In this document: piece by piece, positions 11,231-23,669 of the stretch
Numbering within the stretch: position 1 is the stretch's first letter
How the letters are laid out: each line of letters starts with the position of its first letter
From: Eukaryota sp. TZLM1-RC
Taxonomy: Eukaryota; Protista; Metamonada: BaSk clade
DNA: 64,000 nucleotides
Direction: 5' to 3'
Assembly (NCBI GenBank): GCA_040285825.1
Contig: JAUPSS010000003.1
Span: 248,001-312,000 of the forward strand
The notes under the pieces: generated by a model
The model's database searches: none
Seen by the model: the letters and a program-made list of their open reading frames with translations, nothing else
Told to the model about the DNA's origin: nothing
Made by a program: the position numbers and the translations under genes

Positions 11231-13126
11231 TATCTACGGGGTCTACGGAACGCCTCAGGTCTTTCATTGTAGTAGTGCTCACTTATGGCAATCTCCAGTT
11301 GGTTTCTGGAAGCTGAGATGTCCCTCGACCAGAGTGTCTGACATTGAGGGCATACAATATTATCATTGTGCACCCTCCCATCATCGTGATACAACTTTTG
11401 AATACCTTACAGCAATTCGTTTTGGCAGATATGTAGAATTCATCTCCATTAGGCTTCACATATGTAAAATGTTTCTGAATCTCCTTCAAAAAGCGCTTTC
11501 TTGGGGTTTTCACAGCTTGTCTTGATGGCCCATCACCTCCACTACCATACCAAATTATGGTTTCTCTTCCATTAGCCATTAGTTTAATTTTTTCAATTAA
11601 TCCCATTATCCTTTTTTGTCTTCTTATAAAGAAATCAAACTTGTTGCGGTGCAGGGCTCGGAGATCTCCATTTATCAGCAGTTGGTCTAGTATAGTTCTC
11701 GGGCGGAAGTCGGGATTGCTGATTTCTTCATGTGTCGGTACCCACATCAAAGGCATTGCTATTTCATTAAGATATTTGTGTAAATTCTTAGCAAAATAGC
11801 AATTTGGTGATACATGAGTCAGGACTGGTGGTTGAATGATCTTCTTTGCCTTTGGATTCAGAACAAGGCCCGAAAGTTGATGGTCTACATTATTATTTTC
11901 AATTCTTGATCCAATTGAATAACCACACAAATGTTTGTGATTAGGATCAATTGAATATTCAATTGGATCAACTGGAGGAGGCTCTTAGGCGTCGTCAGTT
12001 CTTCGACGTTGCATTGGACAAACATGTTTTTAAACTCTAGAGTTTCGTTTTCGACTCTTTGCAGGCGTATCGAGTTCCCCACTGGATATGGTGGTTGCCA
12101 ATTCTCTGGCTGTCCGGCAATTCTTATTTTTTTGGGGGCAAAAGAAAAAGTGAAGCGGATTGAAACAGCATCTGAACTGATTGTGTAAGTCAGATACTTC
12201 TTTTTTCTGAAAAAGGCAAACGGTTCTTTCAGCAGACAGTGGTTGGCATTAAAAGAGAGAAAATGCTGTTCCAGTTTTTGACTAAAAGAGATAAAGCCAG
12301 GAGAATAACTGGGGGATGGGCAGACGGCATTTCTTCGCATAGTGTCAGATGCAATATTTTCCAGAAAGGATAAAATATTTAGCCCAGCAGTGAATATGAA
12401 GGTGCTGTTGTCTGGACTGAGATCAACATTGTCCAGCATCAACATAGCGTTAAAACCATGAGGGTCGGCAACCTGCTGAGTAAATAGGTCCATTATGTAC
12501 TCATGGTGACCTTCATCATACCATGCGCGCAAAGAGTCAGGAATAGTGGCTGCAGTCGTGTTCACCACTAATGAAGCATATTTCTTTGGGCAAGGGCACT
12601 CAAAGAAGGTAGCCATTGTCCGGAAGAAGTTCAGCTTCCAGGAGACAGGACCATCAGTAAGTGTTTGACAAAAGCTGTTCGCCATTTGCAGTGCGCGAAA
12701 GCTTCTAATGTCAGAGTGGCACCAGTTGTCGGTTCCCTTCTGAAAGCCAATAGGAAAAAATGGCCAGCCAGGTCGGAAAGAGACATCATAGAGTGCGCGG
12801 TACACTTCCATATGATTCTCGACTGGGCGTCTCACAGTCGGATGAGGTACCATTACAAAGTTTTGACATTGATACCAAAACTGTTGTTGATATAACCAGA
12901 AAGCCATTTTCGGATATTGCAGGACGAACAGCTGTGCTAACCGGGCAGTAAGCACAGTGACAGTTCGAATATAGCGAAACTGTCTTTCCATTGAAACAAG
13001 AGCTGCAGTAGAGAACTGAGCAGCTCTTGCTGGAACTGTCGTCTTGCTGTCGTTTATTGGTTGATCACGAAGGTTAACCTCCCAGGGCAGTACACGCCCT
13101 CGACGTGGCAACTCTGGATTTGCCAT
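11068..13126 (-). mobile_element. Fanzor family A element, near full length, frameshifted
   Basis: ORFs 11885-13126 and 11283-11930; TISSDAVSIRF, RuvC-I YSIDPNHKHL, IIWYGSG, RuvC-II GDEFYISAKTNCC, CPQC-WSRDISASRN; 3' region shared with 26693-26840. Left end undefined. Confidence 0.88.
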
Positions 13127-13499
13127 TGGGAATGTTAGTCAAGAAAAGATCAGACAGTCAACAATAAAAATTTGATTTGTTCACAACTTCATGCACCTGT
13201 GAAAATACAAAACATGAGCACAATGATAATTAAACCCTAAAATACGTGATACTTGAGCTGCCGCAACTATTTTCTTTCTTGAAAGGTTACAGTTGAAGGA
13301 GTTGTTTTAGGTGATAACATTAGCATATCCAATCAAGAAAACGTGTTGTTTCAATGTGTTCGTATAAAGTTTATTTTCATATAGTGACAGGTGTTTTGAT
13401 TCAACACAAACATTATGCCTGAAGGAGGGTTCTCCTCATCCTCCGATACAAACAGTCATTACCATACTCCCCATTCTACCAAATCCCATCACAGTCCAG

Positions 13500-14230
13500 A
13501 AATTCATACTATATTCCGACCTAATCCGACCTAATTCTCATAGCAGAAGCCATGTACATTATCAGTAAAAAAATAATTTCAAAGAATTATTGAACGAATT
13601 TCTCGACCTCTATTTCCGTCATTTAAAGCTGAACGAAACTGGCGGGAATTTTCCAAATGTCATCGAAACCCCTTTTCAAAATCTTTGAAATAGATTCTAT
13701 TCGTCTGTTCATAGGAAATTTGTTATAAATGATACTTTTTATCAGCTGAAAAGAGGTTTGGCAAATCAATTCGAGATCATTGATGACTTAAAACAGTTAA
13801 TGTTGGCTAGAAGTTTATACTTCTTTCATAATCTACATTTGTTTTTACCCAATGTAAAGGTAGATTTGCGTTTAAGAACTATGCTGTAAAGGATCACCCT
13901 CCGAAATGTTTAGGCTCGTGTTTTGGCTTATGTAATGCAAATTGTTATTTGAAATTGCCAACGTCACATCCAATTGAAAATTTACTTCCACTTCAGACCT
14001 CTAAAATATCTGAGCATGTTTTCTGGGACACACAGGCAATTTACAGAATTTTGATCCCTGATGAATCCAATTGCTTGAAAAATTCAGAAAAATTCTCTTC
14101 TTGCGGGAAATATTGTAGAATTCCAGCATCATTGGAAATGGATTTTTTGAACAGGAAAAAAAGTGCAGTAATTACCCAAATACAAGCCAAGGTTCAAAGA
14201 CAAGCCGAGCCCAAATACAATTCCTGAATT
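13500..14230 (+). mobile_element. Possible Fanzor1 N-terminal remnant
   Basis: ENLLPLQTSKISEHVFWDTQAI resembles the FPLTTTLIPQRIRLDT motif of family D; heavily degraded. Confidence 0.4.
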
Positions 14231-14893
14231 TCTGCGGCTTTATTAACAGGAACAGCTGTCCCGTAATCCAAGACAACAGAGTTTATTATTGATCCAATAA
14301 AAACAACCTTTTCTGATATCATGTTCAAAACATTTTAACTTTGAAGCTGTTATTAAGACATGTTTCCCTAAGTGTTGCCCACGATTAAAAGTAAATTCCC
14401 TCTTTGTTACTCCAAATGCCATTGTTTCTTTTTTCGGTTGCAACGACCTCAAAGCTCAAAAGGGCTGAAGGCATTCGATGTGGTCAATTGTACAGTCAGT
14501 GGAAACATTTAACACTGAAAACAATTTTGTTAAATGGATTAGGATTCCAGGCCACTTGACAGCATGGCTACAACCTACTGATAATATGTTTGTTTAGGTT
14601 GAGAAGTGTGAAATTGAAACTTGGGGACCAACTAGCAGAGTATTTCTTTAGTCCTGACGTTGCAACAAGTGCCACTAATGTAAGAGTAGTGATATTTGTT
14701 GGCAAAGAAAATGTCTGCCATTGGTTTAGTTTTTAATAATGCAGTATAAATGTTGAATTAATTGTTCTCTAATATAAGCCGGGTCCAGATACAATTCCTG
14801 AAATTCTGTGGTTTTCAATTGGATTTTGTTGACTTGTATTTGGGTGTCTACAATAATTATTTTTTAGGGAAGGAACAATTTCAACATCAACTA

Positions 14894-16560
14894 ATTACTT
14901 CCTCAAAGGAGAGGAATCTCCACCTACATTGTGAAACACTCTTTGAGCAAGAGCAAGTTCCACAGTCTCAACCATTTTACCAAGAGCTTTGTACAAACTG
15001 AAGTTAATTCGATTGATCCAGAAATTTAACCTAAACGAATGGCATTTTTTGATGATAAAATCATTAAATTCATTCAAAACTAAGGTTGCCTCAGGTCTTA
15101 ATCGTCCATTCAAAGAAATAGCAAGACCATTGAATTTTTCGTTTAGATTTTAAAAACTTATTCATTTTGAGTACTAAAGGATCAAAATGATTGTGCTTGA
15201 TTAATTCGTTTCGAGTTAACATTTTCATCACATCTTGATGTCCACAGTTTGTATTATTTGTAAGGTCAACTGACTCAACATAAATTAATAAATCAACAGT
15301 AACTTTAAATGAAGGCACAACATCCTTGGTGTCATTCGTCACAACATCTGGGTATAATGATTTCGAAATTTCTTCAATTTCAAAACTTAAACCTGAATTA
15401 CTACACATCGACCACAAGGTTTCTCTCACTCGATTGTGAAGAAAATCACGAAATTTTCCAAATTTGTTACAATTGAAGATATGGTGCAAAATAAAGAAAA
15501 GTCTACATCTACACTTCAAATCAGTTTGACCAATACTAGCAGGTACATGTAAATGTATGTTCATAGCAAGTCTGTAAACACCATCTTCTAACCACAATCC
15601 AAATTTTCGGGGAGGTTGAGTAATAGAAGCAGCACCATCAGAAACACCGTAAGAAAAGAAACTTCAAATAAAAACCTATATAGCTCTTTGTTTTTGAAAG
15701 ATTAGAAAGTAAACCATTCAAAAATTCTTCTTCCTCTATATCAGTAATTCTTTTTTGTAAATTAAGTGCAGCTTAGGTTAACACATCAAATAAACGAGCT
15801 TCAACTGTTTCTGGAGAAGTGTTTTGATGAACCAGTCATATACAAACATCTTGAGGAAAATCATTAGATTTTGAAGATAATAAAAATCCGGAAGATTGGA
15901 GTTTTTCACAAATGATAACCACAATGCAGGAAAACGTTTAGAAGAACTGAAAAGAAAATCTTTCATTCCACCAATAAAAGCTGCTTTGACAATTCTGCTT
16001 GCTTTGTGAAAACCAGTTCCACTATGTTTTGCGTTCAAAAATGTATTTTTCTATCTACGATGGATCAATTCCAACAAGTGAAGACAGAAAAGTGAAACGA
16101 ATTAGTTTGAATTTTTGAGCAATTGGGAGAGTAATTTCTGAACGTAAGCAGCGATAAAAATTATTTGAATCAGAATTAAAACAAATGTTTCTGGTAAACA
16201 ACTAGATATTTAGAAGAACCTGATCTAAAGCAAGAATTCTTTCTAGGACATTTGTATTTTTCTCAAATTATTTCCTATTTTCGAGACAATTTTCTCTTCA
16301 TTTCCAAGCAATACACCCAAACAGCGAACATCATTAAAATTTAATTCATTAAAATTTAATTCATTGAAATTGAATTCATTAAAAATTAATTTTGTTAAGG
16401 GAACTTGGAACAAAGCACTTTTTAGTACCAATCATCATCAAAATTGGGATTTTGAAATCCCCTTAAGCCGCACTTGCTATTAGTTATTTTCAAACCTAAT
16501 TATTTTGAATCTGCTATTAATTGATCAATATCGCGAGAAACGTCAGCTGAAACAACATGT
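14894..16560 (-). mobile_element. RLE-type non-LTR retrotransposon, family N2, truncated
   Basis: VRCLGVLLG (RT end), KAAFIGG, CRC..HHIFNC, HNRVRE, VDLLIYVESVD; near-identical to 50759-51993 and 57228-58012. Confidence 0.8.
16331..16390. repeat. 15-bp tandem repeat x4 (tcattaaaatttaat)
   Basis: Directly visible; reads FNELN repeats on the minus strand inside the N2 element. Confidence 0.85.
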
Positions 16561-17800
16561 GAAAAGCCTTTCCAACTTTCAGATTACTGTTTTAATTGTG
16601 CCATAAAGACGGATGGTGTAAGTTCCTCCATACATCTCATACAAAAAGATAAAGTGGGGAAGAGTCGCCTTAAGAAGCCAGAAAAAGGTGAAAAAGACCC
16701 GTACTTGACCGAAATTCCACGAAATGAGCTGTTAAATAATATCTTGACCATAACCCTAGCATTAGGGACCAATTAATGGCTGGGAAACGAAAATTAAATT
16801 GCACAAATCCCAACATGTTAACTGAACCAAACTCAACTCCAACAAATGCAAGATTAGAATGGAATCTATCTACAAATAAAATCACGAACAAAACAAAGGA
16901 AGAAAAAAAGTTTTATTCACAAAATGAAAAAAAAACAAAAAAAAAACAAAACAAAAGATTCTAGACTTCGGGCAGAAACAAAATCCTCCTCCTCCAAATG
17001 AAAACAAGAAAACAAAATTAAAAAAAAACTTTCAAGAGGCTCACTGCTTCTCAAAGGAGAAGAGAAACTCTGAACATAGACCATCAAAAATTTTATAAGG
17101 ATGGCAAAGAATCATGGATTTATCAAAACAAAATTGTAAAGGAATGAAGAAAGAAGAACTAATACAAATTTCGAAGAAAACTCTGGATCATGAAAAAGTC
17201 AAATCTTGCTGCAAGGAAAAACAACTCTTCTCTCTATTGGAGCTTTTAGCTAAACAGAAATTAGAGTCATGAAATTAAGAAGATTTATGGACACAGAGAG
17301 GGTTGAAGCAAATTGGATGAATGAATTTGAATATAAATTTGGAGATCCAAAAAATAAAATTGAAGTGATTGATGATTGGAAACAAACAAATTTTAGACGT
17401 CAAGCACCTGTACAGAATGTTGGTTATAAAAAGTTGTTTAAAATATGTAACTTCCGTCTACTGCTCTTGGATGAATATAGAACTAGTTGTCGATGTCATG
17501 TATGTGTACTAGAGGGAAAAGAAGGTGAAATTGTAAAGAAACATCCAGTACCTAATCCAAGACCTTACAGGAGAGCAAAGGCTCCAACGGTCGTTAGGCA
17601 TGGTTAACTCACTTGCAAGAAGTGTGGATGTCTATGGAATCGTAATGTCAATGCTGTTCTTGATATGATTCATGTTGTGGATCAGTATATAAAAGGCAAT
17701 GAAAGACCTCAAGTTTAGAAAAGATCTTGATTCATTTCATCTTCATATTCCAGTAATCTCAACGGGTTACTACAATTTCACATTTTTGTGCTATTAGCCG
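16560..17800 (+). mobile_element. Fanzor family B element (pseudogene) whose right end abuts ATG 17801
   Basis: AIKTDGVSSSIHL, FGDPKNKIEVIDDW, LLDEYRTSCRCHVC, PNPRPYRR, HG*LTCKKCGCLWNRNVNA, NERP; RuvC-III reads N rather than D in this copy. Confidence 0.88.
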
Positions 17801-19393
17801 ATGTCTGCGTCAATTCTCAATGTACTTTCTGCTGCAGACGTGTCCCGACGTGATTCACTGAATCCTGTGATTCAGTCTTTACTTCAAAAACTGACCTCAT
17901 CAATTGTAGAATCTCCGGTTTATGATGTTCAAAAGCTTCTACCTCATGTCATACCCCACTCTTCTTCAACTTTACTTCAACCTGTCATTTCTTGTATTCT
18001 TTCACATAAAGGCTTAACTGACCAAGTATTATCCACTGTTGCACCTCTTCTGCCTCAATCGATACATGAAAACCACATTGCACTGTCCCCTTTTTACAAA
18101 GCAAATGTCTCAATTTTTGTCAACCAACTGTCTCTTAGATTCGAACAACAAATCCTTTCTTTAGACTCTTCTCACTTCTTTGCCCATCAAACTTCTCCCC
18201 TCGCCTCCCAATTACATGAGTTCTGTAGACAATGTGGCCAAGGTATTGCATCTGAATCATTTTTCTTTCCAGTTACCTTTTCATGGCTTCGGGATTGTAT
18301 TAAAACCCCTTTTGCTGGCCAAATTTTTGCTACCCTCTTAGCTCTATCAGCTGACATTACCCATACCCGTTTATACAAGTTCCCTCTCCATACCCCTTTC
18401 AAGCACATACTTCCCGTCCCTCCTCTAGCTGATCCCAAGCCAGGGTGTAAGAGAAAGATTTGTAGTCAAATCTCTGCCCTTTTGTCAAAAACGGAGCACG
18501 ATTGTTTACTGTTTCGTGACATTGGTTTTGCTTGTGCAGGACCTTTATCACACTCTTACTACTCTTTTCTTACGTTTAATGCCGTCAAGGAGGCTGCTTT
18601 AACAGAGCAAAAGCCCGATACTATCCTTAACACCCTCCACGAAGAGCAAGTTTATTTACCATTCACACTCCTTTGTATATCATCCATTTGGCCATTAGCC
18701 AGGAGCTCTGGGATTCCACCAGAAGATTCATCAGCTGCTGCCCTTCTTACATCAGTCATGATTATTGATGTCAAGAGAAGAACACGGCTGCACTTTTCTA
18801 ATGTTGATAGGACCTCCCAAGTTTGTTCATTTTGTCATCAGTCTTTGTCTCTCCCATTGGCTAGGATGCTTTTCACTCATTACTTGATTGACTTGGTTTC
18901 AATTGGAGATTTGGATGGTTTGGGATTTTTACTCAACAATGAGTTTAATTATACGTTATGTTCGTGGGGTATTCATTTAATGTTTATGAAGTTGGATGCA
19001 CTTCATAACAAAATTTCTGAAGATAAGTTTAGGCAAATCTCGATATTTCTTTTTGTCATTTTGGGGAAGAATTTGAAATCTTTTTCCGGTGCATCAAGTT
19101 ATTTTCAAAACAACCTTTATTCTCTAGTCGGTTATAGTAATGAATTTAAGGAGTGTTTATCATATTCTTTGGCAATTTTTGATAAATTTTTACCCCTCTG
19201 CTTATCTGGTGGCCGTTGCTATAGTATACAGGAAGCAGAATTTGTAGCACAAGCCCTTTCTTTGTGTGTTTGTGGCATCAGTAATTTCGATAAGAATTTA
19301 ATTGATGATTTTATTGTTACGTTGACTGGAAAATTAATGAATTTTGGTGAACTTAACAACCTCCTTATGGATTATCTTGGACGAATGGATTAA
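17801..19393 (+). CDS. Negative elongation factor B (COBRA1)-like
   Basis: LLQKL...QKLLPHVIP...LLQPVISCILSH and LFRDIGFACAGP resemble COBRA1 blocks (from memory); divergent. Confidence 0.6.
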   Translation: MSASILNVLSAADVSRRDSLNPVIQSLLQKLTSSIVESPVYDVQKLLPHVIPHSSSTLLQPVISCILSHKGLTDQVLSTVAPLLPQSIHENHIALSPFYKANVSIFVNQLSLRFEQQILSLDSSHFFAHQTSPLASQLHEFCRQCGQGIASESFFFPVTFSWLRDCIKTPFAGQIFATLLALSADITHTRLYKFPLHTPFKHILPVPPLADPKPGCKRKICSQISALLSKTEHDCLLFRDIGFACAGPLSHSYYSFLTFNAVKEAALTEQKPDTILNTLHEEQVYLPFTLLCISSIWPLARSSGIPPEDSSAAALLTSVMIIDVKRRTRLHFSNVDRTSQVCSFCHQSLSLPLARMLFTHYLIDLVSIGDLDGLGFLLNNEFNYTLCSWGIHLMFMKLDALHNKISEDKFRQISIFLFVILGKNLKSFSGASSYFQNNLYSLVGYSNEFKECLSYSLAIFDKFLPLCLSGGRCYSIQEAEFVAQALSLCVCGISNFDKNLIDDFIVTLTGKLMNFGELNNLLMDYLGRMD

Positions 19394-19728
19394 CTTATTC
19401 GAACATATTTAATAGTCTTTATTATTTAGATGGAGTAGTGCCGCGAATCAAATGAAAAAATAACTGAATTTCTACAGCAAAAATCTTTCTTATTAAATTT
19501 ACAAGATTGGAAAATAATGTAAATAAAAGAATTGGAATTAGAAATAAAAAAGAGTACATTACTCTATCAAATTGATATCTAGTTGCGAAAAATACAACAA
19601 CAAAAGCAAAGAAAAACTGATTTTGAACAAATACAAAAGGTAGAAAAAGAAAATCAAAAATGGAAATGCAAATGAACAATTTTCCTTTGGTCTAGAAAAG
19701 AGTTAAATTTAATTTTAAATTTAAAAAT

Positions 19729-21171
19729 TTAGGAAATTTTGACTGCCAAAAAGAACAAAAAGATTGAAATTTGGCCTGAAAAAATATGAAAAAAATTTGA
19801 GAGAAACCAAAAGAAAAAAGGAAAAAATGTAAGCCAAATCCAAAAAAACATTGACCGACAGGCTGCCAATTCTGGAAAAAAAGGGCTATTGTGTACTAGA
19901 AAAACAATGAAAAAAGACAAATAGGTACTGAAGCTTTTGACTATCGAGAGCAAATAGACTTTCCAAAAACAAAAAAAGAAAACAAAAACGATGAATAAAA
20001 TGGAAAAAAATGCCTCAAAACACAAAAGAAAAGGGAAAAATAAAACTAAAATAGTTAAGGAGTAGGCCAACAACAGTGGACTAGAAGAAGAATTCGATCT
20101 TAAAATAAAGATAAAGCAAGTAATCTTCAAAACTATCAAAAAAGGATGGTCCTTGACTTTCCACTTACCAATCAAGACTGAGCTCTTTTCTGACCCGTAA
20201 TTATGAATAATTGATTGAATCACTGGTGAAGTATAAGGATCTTCCATTTTTAGAAATTTCTGGGCAAAGGTTTGCTTTTTCTTGAAAATTTCTTTAAAGT
20301 AAACATTTAATTCTAAATCTACTGGTAAAACTGTTGAAGGAGCAAAATTGGGGCAAACGAATGGAACAAAGAAGGCAAATTTGTGAAAAAAGCTCCTGCT
20401 TGAGATGTAACCAGAAAAAGACTTGCTGATTAGATAAACAATGGCGGCAAACAGAATTTCAAAGTACCTCCTGATAACAATGAAGACATCTAAAGAGCAA
20501 AGTGTACTGTATTTTGTTGGTCCTTTGTTGTTCTTCAGTCCATGACATAGAAAACATTTGCTAAAAGTAAATGGTTGGAAAAAAAGAGATAGAAAATTGA
20601 TATTTAATAAAAAAGAGTTTCTCAATGAAAGAATGGGAAAGAGACGAAAAGACATCGAATTGAGCAATTCAAGATCTTGTGAAGTAAGAATTAATGAAAA
20701 AGCATCAAGACACATAACACAAATGATTAATAGTAGTAAAGGATTAAAGTTTAAAACAAGGCTGGAGCACCTGTGTAGTGAAAGAGAAACAACAATGATG
20801 GGGAGAACAACTAGGGAGACAACAAACAAAGCACTGAGGAAGGATTCCGCTAAGAGCGGGTGAATGAGATAGAGGAGAACATCAAGGGTTGGTACCAAGA
20901 AAGACGATTTAGAGATAGTAGACTGTGGAAATGAAGGAGAGAGTGTTAAGAAGATATTGCAGAGTGAATGAATGCTGAGAGGTGCCACAATAGTGAGATC
21001 ATTAGAGCAGGAAAGAATAGAAGGGAGAAAGTAAAGCTGAGAAACTGAGTAGAGACAAAACCTGATACAAAATTGAACAGGTCTACTCAGAGAGAAACAA
21101 AGAAAGTGATGAACGATATTCAAGATGATGAACAGCAGTACAGATGAGTAAAGTGCTGGTTCATGGAGCAT
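19729..21171 (-). CDS. Multi-pass membrane protein, unknown function (may extend to 19422 via intron/frameshift)
   Basis: 480-aa hydrophobic ORF followed by hydrophobic ORF 19422-19679. Confidence 0.55.
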   Translation of the reverse strand: MLHEPALYSSVLLFIILNIVHHFLCFSLSRPVQFCIRFCLYSVSQLYFLPSILSCSNDLTIVAPLSIHSLCNIFLTLSPSFPQSTISKSSFLVPTLDVLLYLIHPLLAESFLSALFVVSLVVLPIIVVSLSLHRCSSLVLNFNPLLLLIICVMCLDAFSLILTSQDLELLNSMSFRLFPILSLRNSFLLNINFLSLFFQPFTFSKCFLCHGLKNNKGPTKYSTLCSLDVFIVIRRYFEILFAAIVYLISKSFSGYISSRSFFHKFAFFVPFVCPNFAPSTVLPVDLELNVYFKEIFKKKQTFAQKFLKMEDPYTSPVIQSIIHNYGSEKSSVLIGKWKVKDHPFLIVLKITCFIFILRSNSSSSPLLLAYSLTILVLFFPFLLCFEAFFSILFIVFVFFFCFWKVYLLSIVKSFSTYLSFFIVFLVHNSPFFPELAACRSMFFWIWLTFFPFFFWFLSNFFHIFSGQISIFLFFLAVKIS

Positions 21172-21435
21172 TAAAATTGAAAAGAATCGAGTGGAGTGAA
21201 AAGTTTACAATTTTCTGCTAAGGTTCCAATCCAATGTATTACATACCGTTGACTAAATTTATGCAATTACTGTGTTCCTTTTAAAGGAAGGTTACAACCG
21301 TATTTTCTCCTGATAGATAAATGTACATATATTGATCAATAATTCCCAATTTAACCAAAAAAATAAAATTGGGATCCAGGAAAATAAAAAAAACTAAAAA
21401 CAATGTATAAAATAACGATAAATACTCCAAAAAAC

Positions 21436-22477
21436 CTAATCAGCTTTCTTATCTTCATCAACTACAACAGAAACTGTATTGTCCTCAGCTAGATTTTCTA
21501 AAGGTTCCTCCTTAGCAGTGTTCAACTCAGAGGTTTTCAAAGGTGCTTCTTCAACTTTCAGTTTTGCTGCTTGTTGTTGTTTAATTTTAATGATGGAATA
21601 TAACACAATTCCAGTGATTGTAAGAACCATACCAAAAAAGATTCTACCCGTTAGAGGGTCGCCGAAAAACAAGAGCCCTCCTGATAAAATGAAAATGGTT
21701 TTAGCGTGAGAGAAAATGTTGTAGACCACAGCAGAAGACTTTCCGGTGATCAAAAAGAGGGAAAGATTAACGAAAAAGGACAGCATCGCGGTAGTAAAAA
21801 TGAGAAAAATAGAAACGGGACCGAAATCATATCTGATAAAACCAGATACACTGTCGAAAAGGGGAACAAAAGCAGTGAGAGAAATTAACGAGTAAGGTAC
21901 CATTTTGTAGAGCAATTGGACAGACGAAACGTTAAGCTTTCGTTGAAGTGTGCCGGACCAGATTTGATAAAATGCAGTGACGATGACGGCAGAAAAACCA
22001 GCGACAGCACCAACAAAGTCAAGCTTAAAATCAGTATCTCCTACAGTGGCGAACAGCACACCAATAGAGACAAGACCTAAGGACGAAATGGTTACGATAC
22101 CAAACTTCTTTTTGTAGATAAAGTACTCAAAAAGTGCAACTGTCGGAGAAACTAAAATCTTGGGTGAGAAGAATGGGCGTGGATAATACCTTTAAAATTT
22201 GATAAAAGTTGACGGGATTATAGAGAAGGGACAGGTTGTTGAGTACTACATATCCAGTAAAGGCGAGTGACAGAGGAGCAACATCTTTAAATGTTAAAGA
22301 GGCAGGCACAAACATGCTGCGTTTTCTCATACCATGAAGCCCCAAGTAAGTAATACAGAAATGAGTTAATGTCAATATAGTACCAAAGTTGAAGTCATAA
22401 TTGTTGAATAAAACCTTGTTCAACAGCACTATGCTGACCGCAGAGAATGTATTCAACAAAATGTAAGCAAAAACCAT
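21436..22477 (-). CDS. Nucleotide-sugar/triose-phosphate transporter family (SLC35E3-like); 31-nt intron 22159-22189
   Basis: SAVSIVLLNK, NNLSLLYNPVNFYQILK, SHAKTIFIL; removing gtatta...ctcacccaag fuses the two ORFs in frame (QILK|ILVSPTVALFEY). Confidence 0.85.
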
Positions 22478-22699
22478 ACTAACAGCTGATACACCAACGA
22501 AGAGAGATAAATTGTTTTGGGGAAAATTTTCCTTCTCAACATCTCCTCTAGTCCTGTCACATTCCTACCAAGTTCACCTTCAAAACTCAATAAACCGTCC
22601 CCTACCACTTTTTCAATGACATTGACTCTTGCTGATCTCACACACAATGTACCTGTAGCTATCTGTGAGGGATCCACCTTTAGTACCCGAATTCAATAT

Positions 22700-23010
22700 C
22701 TTACAGCCTTACATCAATATTCCTTACAACTATACAAGGATAGAATACGCATTCCCAGGACAACAGTGTGGATATGTAACCAGTAACCTGGTGGAGAATA
22801 GTAATGGATGCATAGCCGAAGCTCGAGAGTTACCCGTTACGCAAAAGTTGGATTATGTGCGAGAAGTGATAGGAAAATGGTTTGTTGAAAGAAATAAGGA
22901 CGCTGCACCATCTCGAAACGAACTTACTGAGTATGTTGAGAACAGCTACACAAGAAAAATGAGCAAGCAAAAGAACTTGCAGCTTTGCAACAGCCAGTTC
23001 CAGTAGACGA
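22700..23010 (+). mobile_element. Mutator (MULE) transposase remnant
   Basis: YVTSNLVENSNGCIAEARELPVTQKLDYVREVIGKWF resembles the MuDR TxNxxESxN..ARxLP..WF block. Confidence 0.6.
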
Positions 23011-23669
23011 GGAGCTAGGAAAGTACCAACTGAAAGATGCTCCGAAGTACTGCTTAAAATTACATTCAACAGAAAGATTCTCACTTGCTTACAAAGGGAA
23101 AGTGTTTGCTATCGACGATATTCCCCAGCCAAACGAGGAAGAAGTATCCTTTTTCAAGGTAATGTAAAATCTGGAGCTTCTAGAAAAAGGGATATTCGAG
23201 AACGGAACCCTCAAAGAGAAAACACAGGAAATCACCGAAGGACAAAGGAAGAACAGGTGTGATGTTCGATTTATTGAATAGAGGTGCAATTGAAAAAAAG
23301 GTTTGGTATTGAGAGGTGTTCGAAAACAAAAAGTGGATTTGGACGAAGGCCCTAAGATCTTCCTTAAATCATCATTAACCATGTCTAAAAATGAATGAAA
23401 GAAAAAAAAGATGTAGGAAAAATAAGATGATACGAGGAAAATATTAAACCAACTGAAGGAAAAACAACAACAACTTGGAACAACAAATAGTGCAGTTAAT
23501 GCCTACAATATCACTCATTGCCGTATTCAAGGCACGGAGGAGAACATCAATGATCGTCGACCATAGTTGTTGCAGAGAGATAAGTAAGTCTGTACAATAG
23601 TTTTATACTTTGAAAATAAAATTGTATCATGAAAAAACTTTTTATTAGAAAAGACATTTTATACCTTTT

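Noticed and set aside
22478-22510. Family C end before the transporter ATG (tcagctgttagtATG)
   Set aside because: Only about 12/24 identity, not distinguishable from chance in AT-rich DNA.
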